DNA of 64,000 nt, taken from contig CALBSE010000011.1 of NCBI GenBank assembly GCA_937927725.1, positions 16,836 to 80,835 on the forward strand. The letters are read 5' to 3'. This DNA comes from an uncultured Actinomycetes bacterium. Lineage in GTDB: Bacteria; Actinomycetota; Acidimicrobiia; Acidimicrobiales; Acidimicrobilacustridaceae. Both the position numbers and the translations under genes were made by a program. Shown one piece after another: positions 8,545-17,106 of this stretch. The stretch's first letter is position 1; each line of letters starts with the position of its first letter. The notes beneath the pieces were generated by a model. It was not told where the DNA came from and ran no database searches. It was given only the letters and a program-made list of their open reading frames with translations.

Positions 8545-9045
8545 ATGAAGACGAACGAAGAACGACTGGCCGATGCGCTCGATTACCTCGACATTCGTCG
8601 GCTGCAGAATCGCTACGCCGACATCGTGACCCGTCGTGCATGGGCCGAACTCCACGAGATCATGCGCCCGGGCTGCAAGCTCGAACTCGACCTCGGCGAT
8701 AACCACATGGTGTTCGACGGTCCGCAGGCCATCGGCGACTTCATCGGCGAACAACTCGAGGCGTTCGAATTTTTCGAATTCGTGATCCTCAACACCGTGA
8801 TCGAGGTTGATGTCGAAGCAGGTGTGGCCGGCGGCCGCATGTACATGCAAGAGCTTCGTCAGAACATGAGCGATGGTCGCCGCACCAACGCGTACGGCGT
8901 GTACCACGACCGTTTCGAACGTCATGACGGCACCTGGTGGCTGGCCCGCCGTCGCTATGGCTCGTTCTCTCGCACCATCGCGCCGGGCCCAGAGCACGAA
9001 CAGGTCGTCTTCCCCCTACCGCTGCACGACCTCGGCACGCTGTAA
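8545..9045 (+). CDS. SnoaL-like / NTF2-family protein
   Basis: DIRRLQNRYADIV...RRAW and Y.DRFERHDGTWWLARR pattern. Confidence 0.85.
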   Translation: MKTNEERLADALDYLDIRRLQNRYADIVTRRAWAELHEIMRPGCKLELDLGDNHMVFDGPQAIGDFIGEQLEAFEFFEFVILNTVIEVDVEAGVAGGRMYMQELRQNMSDGRRTNAYGVYHDRFERHDGTWWLARRRYGSFSRTIAPGPEHEQVVFPLPLHDLGTL

Positions 9046-9126
9046 TCAGAAACCCGCAGTCCCTCGGCCACGCGCCCAGAAATTCCCGCTGAGAGAGTCG
9101 GTGTATGCGTGGTGTATGGTGTGTGT

Positions 9127-9333
9127 ATGGCGCGTACAAACATTGATATAGATGAGGAAGCTTGCGCCCTGGTCATGGCCCAGCACGGGTTCGCAACCAA
9201 ACGACAAGCGGTCAACTACGCCCTGCGTAAAGCCGTCATCGTCCCCATGACCGTTGAAGAAGCCAAAGCCATGCGCGGCACCGGATGGGACGGCGATCTC
9301 GAAGAAATGCGACGGTTTGAGCCTTGGAGTTGA
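9127..9333 (+). CDS. vapB: VapB-type antitoxin
   Basis: MARTNIDIDEE...TKRQAVNYALR; overlaps the PIN toxin gene (TTGA). Confidence 0.9.
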   Translation: MARTNIDIDEEACALVMAQHGFATKRQAVNYALRKAVIVPMTVEEAKAMRGTGWDGDLEEMRRFEPWS

Positions 9334-9719
9334 TCGTCGACTCATCGGCCTGGATTGACTTTCTGCGCAACTCAAACATCGCAATCGCCGACCTCGTAGA
9401 AGAGGCACTGGTCGATGGAGCCGCAGTCACTGGGACGATTGTGATGGAACTTCTTGCCGGTGCACGCACCGAAAAGCAGCTCACCGACCTCGAACACCTT
9501 CTCGGCCGGGCGAAGTTGTTACCCACGGAACCTGAGGACTTCGAAGCCGCTGCGTTGCTCTATCGAACCTGTCGGCAAAATGGCGTCACGATTCGGACAA
9601 TGTCTGACTGCCTCATTGCAGCGACAGCAATCCGATGTGGCCAACCGGTGTTGCATAACGATCGCGACTTTGCGCTTCTGTCGCAGTACACCGAGTTGGG
9701 CGTCATCGACCCCGCTTAG
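9330..9719 (+). CDS. vapC: VapC PIN-domain ribonuclease toxin
   Basis: IVDSSAWID, MELLAG, DCLIAATA and HNDRDF acidic PIN motifs; TTG start at 9330. Confidence 0.92.
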   Translation: MIVDSSAWIDFLRNSNIAIADLVEEALVDGAAVTGTIVMELLAGARTEKQLTDLEHLLGRAKLLPTEPEDFEAAALLYRTCRQNGVTIRTMSDCLIAATAIRCGQPVLHNDRDFALLSQYTELGVIDPA

Positions 9720-10141
9720 GGCTGAAGGTCGACCTCGTTGCCGTTACCATCGCGCGCAACAACGATTCGCGGATCGGTAGGCGCTCCGCCAATGCCGATT
9801 GCCGAAAGCACCTCAAATGCTGAATCGGTCGCCGTCGTTCCTGGCGGCTGACGAAGCGTTGCGCCTTCACGGTCTTCATCGAGATGCCAGCCGCGTTTGC
9901 TCAATGCATCGGCGACGTTACGGAGACGTGAGGCCGAAAGTTCGTTGAACCGAACGATCAGAACACTGCTTCCGCCCTGTTTGGCGTTGATCACGAGCGG
10001 ATGCCATCCCTCGGGCGCACTCACGGTGGCCGATGCGTCGACCTCGCTGATCAGCACGTGAGCCCGCAGCGACACGATGGCCTCAGTCAGAACACCCACC
10101 GCATCGAAATCTGTGGGGTCGATCACAACTGGTTCAGCCAT
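9716..10141 (-). CDS. Hypothetical protein
   Basis: 141 aa ORF with ATG 10141 and RBS GAGG; no family recognised. Confidence 0.65.
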   Translation of the reverse strand: MAEPVVIDPTDFDAVGVLTEAIVSLRAHVLISEVDASATVSAPEGWHPLVINAKQGGSSVLIVRFNELSASRLRNVADALSKRGWHLDEDREGATLRQPPGTTATDSAFEVLSAIGIGGAPTDPRIVVARDGNGNEVDLQP

Positions 10142-10229
10142 GGGTCCAGCCTCGCGCAGTCCGCCCAGCGCTGGGAATGTCCACGACCGAGCCACACCCG
10201 TAGGATTCCCCTTCTGGGGAGGAACAGTT

Positions 10230-11039
10230 ATGGCTCGTGAAAATCCCGTCGCCGTTGTCACCGGTGCCGCTCGCGGTATCGGCGCGGCCACCGCAGCCCG
10301 ACTTGCTGCCCGTGGCTTCACCATTGCTCTCATCGATCTTCCGCTTGAGTCACCCGGTCGCCACGGCGAAATCCCCGGCCCCTACCGACCGGCGCAAGGC
10401 CAGGACCTCGACGAGGCCACCGCCGCGTGTGGTGGACGTGGCCACGCTCATGCCGCCGATGTTCGCGATCCCGAAGCATTGGCCAAAGTGATCGAGACTG
10501 TCGTCGCGCATCACGGCTCCATCGATGTTGTTGTCGCCGCGGCTGGTGCCGTCGCAGGCGGTGCTCCGCTGTGGGAGACCGACGACGAAGTCTGGCGTTC
10601 GATGATCGACATCAATCTCACCGGCGTGTTCAACATTGCACGCGCCGCGTTGCCTTCAATGCTTTCTGCACCTGCGCCACGAAATGGTCGATTTGTTGCG
10701 ATTGCTTCAGCAGCCGCCCATTACGGCCTTCCACAACTCGCGGCCTACTCCGCTGCCAAACATGGTGTTGCCGGATTGATCAAAGCGCTTTCAGCCGAAC
10801 TCACGGACAGCGGCGTCACCGCGAACGCCGTCTGCCCCGGTTCAACCGCAACAGGCATGCTCGATGCGTCCGCCGCGATCTACGGCATCGAGAATCGTGA
10901 GGGGTTTGCCCACCAAGCCCGTATTGGCCGACTCATCGATCCCGATGAAATCGCAGCAACCATCGAATGGTTGTGTGTCGACGCACCCGCCGCACTTACG
11001 GGTTCTCTCATTGATGTCGACGGCGGTTTCCGCGCATGA
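10230..11039 (+). CDS. Mycofactocin-associated SDR oxidoreductase
   Basis: TGAARGIG, INLTG and YSAAKHG motifs; insertion after IDL typical of mycofactocin-coupled SDRs; heads the operon containing mftE and mftF. Confidence 0.85.
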   Translation: MARENPVAVVTGAARGIGAATAARLAARGFTIALIDLPLESPGRHGEIPGPYRPAQGQDLDEATAACGGRGHAHAADVRDPEALAKVIETVVAHHGSIDVVVAAAGAVAGGAPLWETDDEVWRSMIDINLTGVFNIARAALPSMLSAPAPRNGRFVAIASAAAHYGLPQLAAYSAAKHGVAGLIKALSAELTDSGVTANAVCPGSTATGMLDASAAIYGIENREGFAHQARIGRLIDPDEIAATIEWLCVDAPAALTGSLIDVDGGFRA

Positions 11040-11941
11040 GTTCGTTTAACCGCGCTGCTGTCGATGCAATCTGCGCCGATGTTGTTGGCCGTCGCAACGA
11101 GATCGACGTCGTTGTTGCTGCGCTCGCCGCCGAGCGCCATGTACTTCTTGAAGGCCCGCCAGGCACCGGCAAGTCCTCGCTGCTTCGAGCCCTTGCGCAC
11201 GCTTCCGGTGTCGAACTGGTTTTCGTTGAAGGAAACGCTGAACTCACGCCGGCACGCTTAGTCGGAACCTTCGACCCAGCTCGTGTTCTTACTGATGGCT
11301 ACAGCGCTGACGTGTTCCTTGACGGACCTCTTGTTGATGCCCTTCGTACTGGTTCTCTTCTCTACATTGAAGAAATCAATCGAGTTCCGGAAGAAACGCT
11401 CAACGTGATCATCACGGCAATGAGTGAGCGCGAACTCAACATCCCCCGCCTCGGTCGTGTTATCGCCGAACCGGGTTTCCGTGTTGTCGCCGCCATGAAT
11501 CCGTTCGACGCAATCGGCACGGCTCGCATTTCATCTGCGGTCTACGACCGTGTTTCGCGAGTTGCGATGGGCTATCAGTCCGAAACAGAAGAGACTGAAA
11601 TTGTTGCCCGCGAAGCAAAGGGCGCTGGCGCAGGACCTGTGGGCCGACGCGCGGTGCGCGTCGTTCGTGCCACCCGCGACCACTCCGATCTGCGCGTCGG
11701 TTCATCTGTTCGCGGCGCAATTGATCTCTCACTCATCGCTGAGCAACTCGCATCGCTGCGTGAACTCGATGTCACCGACGAAGAACTCGGGCTGGATGCG
11801 GCGCTTGCCGCGCTTTCCGGTCGCATTCGCGTTCGCGAAGGTTCCGGGCGCACTCCTGAGGCGATTGTGCGCGACCTTTGGGCCTCCAATCCGCTCGAAA
11901 CCGATGATCCCGACACGGAGACCGACCCGGGAAAAGCCTGA
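11036..11941 (+). CDS. MoxR/AAA_5-type AAA+ ATPase (short, non-frameshifted product)
   Basis: Walker A GPPGTGKS, Walker B LYIEEINR, AAMNP sensor; ends ..DPGKA-stop. Confidence 0.9.
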   Translation: MSSFNRAAVDAICADVVGRRNEIDVVVAALAAERHVLLEGPPGTGKSSLLRALAHASGVELVFVEGNAELTPARLVGTFDPARVLTDGYSADVFLDGPLVDALRTGSLLYIEEINRVPEETLNVIITAMSERELNIPRLGRVIAEPGFRVVAAMNPFDAIGTARISSAVYDRVSRVAMGYQSETEETEIVAREAKGAGAGPVGRRAVRVVRATRDHSDLRVGSSVRGAIDLSLIAEQLASLRELDVTDEELGLDAALAALSGRIRVREGSGRTPEAIVRDLWASNPLETDDPDTETDPGKA

Positions 11942-11967
11942 ACCCGCCGCCTCAACAAGGTGGCGGG
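11917..11967 (+). other. Candidate -1 programmed ribosomal frameshift cassette
   Basis: GGAG 11917-11920; in-frame heptamer G_GGA_AAA 11929-11935; 7-nt spacer; hairpin CCCGCCGCCT-caaca-AGGTGGCGGG 11943-11967. Confidence 0.75.
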
Positions 11968-12924
11968 GGTAGCAAACCCCCACAGGCGCCCGACGAAGAG
12001 CGCGTGCTGGAAGGCGAAGAAGCCGAACAAGCGCTAGCGGAAGCCGGCCGTCAGTCCACGTCACGTCGACAAATGGAGCAGCACGAATCGTTCCAGGAGA
12101 TTTCGCCCGAGGTGGGTGTCCTTGATGAAGAAGCGTTTTCCGACGCACTTCGCCATGACCCCGACGAGACACTCACGTTGCTGGCCGAATTAGTTGGCGC
12201 AACCGATGAAAAACTGCGCGAACTCGCACGCTCCCTTGCCGGTCGAGTTGTTGTCGATGTTGTTCGCACCGGTGCACCAAAACGATCAGGCATTGGCCGA
12301 CTGCGTCATCGGCGCGCCGATTATGGCGGCGAACTCGATGTTGATCGCAGTCTCGAAACCATCGCTTCTGCTCGAGCCCGCGGTGAGGCACCCTCACTAG
12401 AAGATCTCACTGCCCGCGATTGGTCAAAGCCCGATCTTGCGCTGTGTCTGTTGATTGACCGCAGCGGCTCAATGGGCGGAGAGCGTTTGGCGACTGCGGC
12501 GGTCGCAGCCGCCGCGTCGTTATGGCGAGCGCCGATCGACACCAGCGTCGTTGCTTTTTCCGATGACGCGATCGTGATTGCCTCACAAGGATCTGGGCGC
12601 GATGCAGAAGATGTCGTCAACCAACTTTTCAGACTCCGCGGTTTTGGCACCACTGACCTTGCCTTCGCGTTTCGCACCGCCGCCGCACAACTTTCTCGTT
12701 CCTCGGCCTCACGTCGCATCACACTGTTGCTGTCCGACGGTCGCGCCACCGCTGGCGACGACCCCGTCGAAGCTGCAGCAATTCTCGACGAACTCGTGGT
12801 CCTTGCTCCCGCAGACGATCTCGAAAGTGCTGTTGAACTCGCCGGAGCTGTCGGAGGCCGCTGCGTGGGAGTCACCGGGCCATCCGCCGTCCCCGAGGCA
12901 CTGGCCGAAGCACTTCTTGGCTAA
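11935..12924 (+). CDS. VWA domain protein (-1 frame relative to the AAA+ ORF; first canonical start GTG 12004)
   Basis: MIDAS motif DRSGSM, GTTDL and LLSDG; frame is open from the slippery site. Confidence 0.85.
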   Translation, partial: SLNPPPQQGGGGSKPPQAPDEERVLEGEEAEQALAEAGRQSTSRRQMEQHESFQEISPEVGVLDEEAFSDALRHDPDETLTLLAELVGATDEKLRELARSLAGRVVVDVVRTGAPKRSGIGRLRHRRADYGGELDVDRSLETIASARARGEAPSLEDLTARDWSKPDLALCLLIDRSGSMGGERLATAAVAAAASLWRAPIDTSVVAFSDDAIVIASQGSGRDAEDVVNQLFRLRGFGTTDLAFAFRTAAAQLSRSSASRRITLLLSDGRATAGDDPVEAAAILDELVVLAPADDLESAVELAGAVGGRCVGVTGPSAVPEALAEALLG

Positions 12925-12930
12925 CGAGTG

Positions 12931-12943
12931 GGCAGACCCTGCC
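12931..12943. promoter_or_regulatory. Palindromic operator GGCA-N5-TGCC (MftR-like)
   Basis: GGCAGACCCTGCC in the 31-bp gap before mftE; matches the core MftR operator as I recall it. Confidence 0.5.
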
Positions 12944-12955
12944 ATCGGTGCGACG

Positions 12956-13648
12956 ATGTCAGACATGGCTTCAGCGCACGCTCTCGGCGATCTGACATGG
13001 ACCGATGTTCGGGACTCGCCGCGCATTGTGCTGATTCCCGTGGGCAGTCTCGAACAGCACGGGCCCCATCTTCCGCTCGATACCGACACTCGCATCGCTA
13101 CTGCGATTGCTGAACATGTTTGTGAACTGCGTGAGGATCTTGTCGTTGGTCCCGCGGTTGCGATTGGTGCCTCGGGTGAACACGCAGGGTTCGATGGCAC
13201 GTTGTCGATCGGCACCGACGCGCTCACCACGGTGCTCGTAGAACTAGCGCGCTCTGCCGATGCGTTTACTGGCGTTGTGTTTGTGAATGGACATGGCGGA
13301 AATCGCGACGCGCTTCTGGCGGCGCGCGCCATCCTCCGCCTCGAAGCTCGCACTGTTGTCGCGTGGTCCCCGTCGATTCCCGGTGGCGATGCCCACGCCG
13401 GTCGCAGTGAAACCTCGATCCTTCTCGCCATTGATCCCGAATGCGTGCGAAGCGATGCAATGGAAGCGGGAGAAACGGCTCCACTCAGCGAACTTCTTGA
13501 AGATCTTCAAACCGGTGGCGTGAAGTCGGTCAGTGACAACGGAGTTCTTGGTGATCCGACGGACGCAACTGCCGAACATGGCAACGAACTCTTTCTTGGT
13601 CTCATCGCTGATCTTGCTCTTACGATCGACAAAGTGTTTCCTCGATGA
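12956..13648 (+). CDS. mftE: Mycofactocin peptidase (creatininase family)
   Basis: PVGSLEQHGPHLPLDTD, GASGEH, NGHGGN and DAHAG..ETS; ATG at 12956 or 12965. Confidence 0.92.
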   Translation: MSDMASAHALGDLTWTDVRDSPRIVLIPVGSLEQHGPHLPLDTDTRIATAIAEHVCELREDLVVGPAVAIGASGEHAGFDGTLSIGTDALTTVLVELARSADAFTGVVFVNGHGGNRDALLAARAILRLEARTVVAWSPSIPGGDAHAGRSETSILLAIDPECVRSDAMEAGETAPLSELLEDLQTGGVKSVSDNGVLGDPTDATAEHGNELFLGLIADLALTIDKVFPR

Positions 13649-15093
13649 CCGCTGATCTTGTGGGTCTCTACGTCGTTGCGGATCCTTCGCTACAACGCAA
13701 AGAGCGCGGCACCGTGCTGCTCGGTGGCTCTCCGCTTCGCATCGTGCGTATCAGCGAGAAAGGCGCCGACCTCGTCGACTCGCTGTTGAACGGAAATCCA
13801 GTTCCGCCCGGCAAAGGTGCGACCTCACTTGTGCGCCGGCTTCTCGACGGCGGTCTTCTGCAGCCGGTTCCCGCTTCGACACCGTTCACCTTCAACGATG
13901 TCACGGTCGTCATTCCTGTTCACGGCGAACTTGAAACCGGATTGCTCGACGGCATTGGCCAGGTGGCTCGAATCATCGTGGTCGATGACAAAAGTGACCA
14001 TCCCGTTGTCGTTCCGGTGAAGACAACGCATGGAACAAGCGTGGCGTGCGTTCGCCGTGCAACAAATGGCGGACCAGCTGCTGCTCGCAATACCGGTCTT
14101 CACGAAGTCACAACGCCTCTCGTTGCGTTTCTGGATGCTGACTGCCTTCCTCGACCGGGCTGGATTGAACCGCTTCTCGAACAATTCGGTGACCCCGCGG
14201 TTGCGGTTGTTGCGCCGCGCATCACATCGATCGAACCGCTCGGCGCTCCCGACCATCCGTTGCTTTCCCGCTACGAACGCGTCCATGCATCACTTGATCG
14301 CGGCACACAGCGCGGTCGGGTCCGAGCCCGCACTCGCATTTCCTATGTGCCCTCTGCTGCACTCGTTTGCCGAGTCGATGCGCTCAACGCCGCCGGTGGT
14401 TTCGACGAGGCAATGGCTGTTGGCGAAGACGTCGATCTTGTTTGGAAACTCGACGAAGCGGGACACACGGTTCGCTACGAACCGAGCGTCACCGTCGGCC
14501 ATCGTCACCGCACTACGCCCTGGGCGTGGCTCCGTCGCCGCTTCGACTACGGCACCTCGGCTGGTCCGCTCGCCAAACGGCACCCCGGTGCACTCGTGCC
14601 CATTGAAGCTTCAGGCTGGAGCATTGCGACATGGGGGCTTGTAGCGACTGGCCATCCGTTTGCCGCCGGTGCCGTCGTCGGCGCCACCGCAGGAATGCTC
14701 GGCGGGAAGCTTGATGCGCTGTCGCGACCAATGGCGGTGGCCACGCAGCTCGCCGGTCGAGGTCACCTCAGCGCCGGTCGCACAATCGCTCAGGGTTTGG
14801 TTCGTCCGCTCTGGCCAGCTACCGCGGTGGCGATCGCCTTTCTCCCCTGGCGCAGACTCAAGTTGGCCCTCCTTGCGGGCGTGCTCGCGCCCTCGGTCAT
14901 CGACTGGATCCGAATCCGACCCGATATTTCGCCGCTTCCGTATGTGGCCCTTCGCTTCGCCGACGATGTGGCCTACAGCGCGGGTGTGTGGGTCGGGTCC
15001 GTGCGCGCCGGAACTTTCGAGCCGCTCTTGCCCGAGGTCACTAGTTGGCCGAAGCCGAGCCGCTATTCGCGCTGGCGTTCAGCGTTGTCGTAG
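13645..15093 (+). CDS. mftF: Mycofactocin glycosyltransferase
   Basis: GT2 motifs GPAAARN, AFLDAD, SYVPSAAL and GEDVDLVW; follows mftE. Confidence 0.93.
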   Translation: MTADLVGLYVVADPSLQRKERGTVLLGGSPLRIVRISEKGADLVDSLLNGNPVPPGKGATSLVRRLLDGGLLQPVPASTPFTFNDVTVVIPVHGELETGLLDGIGQVARIIVVDDKSDHPVVVPVKTTHGTSVACVRRATNGGPAAARNTGLHEVTTPLVAFLDADCLPRPGWIEPLLEQFGDPAVAVVAPRITSIEPLGAPDHPLLSRYERVHASLDRGTQRGRVRARTRISYVPSAALVCRVDALNAAGGFDEAMAVGEDVDLVWKLDEAGHTVRYEPSVTVGHRHRTTPWAWLRRRFDYGTSAGPLAKRHPGALVPIEASGWSIATWGLVATGHPFAAGAVVGATAGMLGGKLDALSRPMAVATQLAGRGHLSAGRTIAQGLVRPLWPATAVAIAFLPWRRLKLALLAGVLAPSVIDWIRIRPDISPLPYVALRFADDVAYSAGVWVGSVRAGTFEPLLPEVTSWPKPSRYSRWRSALS

Positions 15094-15101
15094 GTCGGCG
15101 T

Positions 15102-15476
15102 TCAGCCGACGTTCAGAAGGTCGACGACGAACACGAGGGTCTCGCCACCCTTGATGACGCCACCAGCACCACGATCGCCATACCCAAGGTGCGACGGAAT
15201 GGTGATGCTGCGACGGCCGCCCACCTTCATGCCGGCAACGCCCTGATCCCAGCCCGCGATGACCTGACCGGCACCGAGACGGAACTCAAAGGTGTCGTTG
15301 CGATCCCACGACGCATCGAACTGCTGACCGTCGCTCCAGGCCACGCCCACGTAGTGCACGGTCACGTTGGCGCCAGCGACGGCCTCGGTGCCAGTGCCAA
15401 CTTCGATGTCCTCAAGAACGAGGTCAGCCGGAGGGGCGGTGTCGGGAATGGTCACGGAGGGTTTGGTGTCAGCCAT
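15102..15476 (-). CDS. FKBP-type peptidyl-prolyl isomerase
   Basis: VHYVG, FDASWDR, VIAGWDQG and LVFVVDLL. Confidence 0.95.
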   Translation of the reverse strand: MADTKPSVTIPDTAPPADLVLEDIEVGTGTEAVAGANVTVHYVGVAWSDGQQFDASWDRNDTFEFRLGAGQVIAGWDQGVAGMKVGGRRSITIPSHLGYGDRGAGGVIKGGETLVFVVDLLNVG

Positions 15477-15529
15477 GAGCGAAACCTAGTGCGAGTCGGC
15501 AACCTTTTCGTGACGCGCTGTGCAGTTTC

Positions 15530-16366
15530 TCAGCACGGTCGATTCATCACAACAGTGCGCCACTCGCCATCGGCACGAACCTCGATGCAACGAGCACCCG
15601 CCTGTTCGAATGACTCGACGACAAGGTCGGCTTGTTCAGCGAGTAGTCCACTGAGAACAAGGATGCCGTCAGGCTTCGCAATCTGCATCAATGCCGCCGA
15701 CATGGAACGCAATGTGGCCGATCCGATGTTGGCAAGAACGAGGTCGAACGCGCTCGGGCGGAGTTCCTCGACAGTGGCGGTCGAGACCTCCAAGAGTTCG
15801 TCGACGTCATTGCGACGGGCGTTGTCGAGTGTCGCAACGATTGCGTCCGGAGCGATGTCGGTTGCCACCACCATCGTTGCGCCGCGACGTGCTGCCGCAA
15901 TCGCAAGCACACCGCTTCCGCAGCCAATATCGGCCACTGCGCTGCCCGGAGTCACACGTTCATCAATGACCTCAAGGCACATGCGAGTGGTCTCGTGAGA
16001 GGCGCTTCCAAACGCATGTCCCGGATCAATCCACAACGCCAGATCGTTCTCGGCAACGTCGGCCGGAACCTCCAGCCAAGGTGGCACGATCACGATCGAA
16101 CCCACACGCCAAACCTGCGCGTGATCCCGCCATGCATCGAGACCCGCATCGGCAGCTACCGATTCCGCGATTGGCGACCAACGCTCGGCCAGCACCTCAA
16201 GCGCGTGTTGCGCAGTCGTGGTCTCACAACCAATGCGAAGTTCAACAGTGCCGTCAGGAAGCGCTTGCTCTTCTATTCCGCTTACGCCGAGGTCCCACAC
16301 AAGCCCAGAAACGAGATCGACATCGCTTTCGTCGACGACAACAACAACCGTTGTCCAGTCGGTCAC
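15530..16366 (-). CDS. prmA: Ribosomal protein L11 methyltransferase
   Basis: IDPGHAFGSASHETT, DIGCGSGVLAIAA, DLVLANI and LVLSGLL. Confidence 0.88.
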   Translation of the reverse strand: MTDWTTVVVVVDESDVDLVSGLVWDLGVSGIEEQALPDGTVELRIGCETTTAQHALEVLAERWSPIAESVAADAGLDAWRDHAQVWRVGSIVIVPPWLEVPADVAENDLALWIDPGHAFGSASHETTRMCLEVIDERVTPGSAVADIGCGSGVLAIAAARRGATMVVATDIAPDAIVATLDNARRNDVDELLEVSTATVEELRPSAFDLVLANIGSATLRSMSAALMQIAKPDGILVLSGLLAEQADLVVESFEQAGARCIEVRADGEWRTVVMNRPC

Positions 16367-17067
16367 GAATCAATTCCAAACGAGGGGCCATCGCACCGAT
16401 CAACTGTTGCGAACGATGACACTGGGTCACGGCGCAACTTCGTGGGCTGATGGACCGGATGTCCGAGCATCATCACGCCCGCAAGCGCAAGGTTTGCTGG
16501 AACGTGCAGGAGTTCGCGGACTTCTGGTTCGACTCGCGCGTGCATTGTGGTGATGACACCACCGAGGCCCTCGGAACGAGCCGCAAGCATGATGTTCCAC
16601 ATAAACGGATAAATCGAAGCACCAGCCACCATCGTGTACCGATCAAGATCACGATCGGTCGCGACCAAGCGTTCAAGGTCTCCGAACACCGCCAAAATCA
16701 CCGGCGCACCAAACGTGATCTCAACGCGATCGCGAACGATCTCGTCGTACTCATCACTCTGACGACCCGCTTCCACCACGCGTGCCTCGGCCTCGAGATC
16801 ACCAATCGGTGCCCAAGGCGTAAAGCCGGCGACGGTCAGTGCGAAGTAGTCGCTCCATGGACCCAGATAGAGATCTCGCATTGCATTTCGAACGGCCGGG
16901 TCCTGCAGGACCACCACCTTCCAGGCCTGACGGTTTCCGCCGTTCGGCGCAAAGCGGGCGTGATCAAGCACGCGGTTCAGGACATCGTCGGCAACTGGCT
17001 CGTCGGTGAATTCACGCACCGATCCCGTTCCTCGAATTGTTGCAACCAGGTCCATTGGGTCCTCCAT
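16363..17067 (-). CDS. Nitroreductase family protein
   Basis: SVREFTDEPV, APNGGNRQAW and LAARSEGLG. Confidence 0.88.
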   Translation of the reverse strand: MEDPMDLVATIRGTGSVREFTDEPVADDVLNRVLDHARFAPNGGNRQAWKVVVLQDPAVRNAMRDLYLGPWSDYFALTVAGFTPWAPIGDLEAEARVVEAGRQSDEYDEIVRDRVEITFGAPVILAVFGDLERLVATDRDLDRYTMVAGASIYPFMWNIMLAARSEGLGGVITTMHARVEPEVRELLHVPANLALAGVMMLGHPVHQPTKLRRDPVSSFATVDRCDGPSFGIDS

Positions 17068-17106
17068 CAAGAATCGGCCATCACGTCACCGAGGACAGGC
17101 AGGTTG

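Noticed and set aside
8434-8997. N-terminal extension of the 560-aa ORF 7315-8997
   Set aside because: Antisense to the SnoaL gene; homology to the paralog and the RBS both point to ATG 8433.
12578-12955. Long 5' extension of mftE suggesting a second recoding event
   Set aside because: Overlaps the VWA ORF, has non-protein-like composition, no slippery site was seen, and in-frame ATGs exist at 12956 and 12965.
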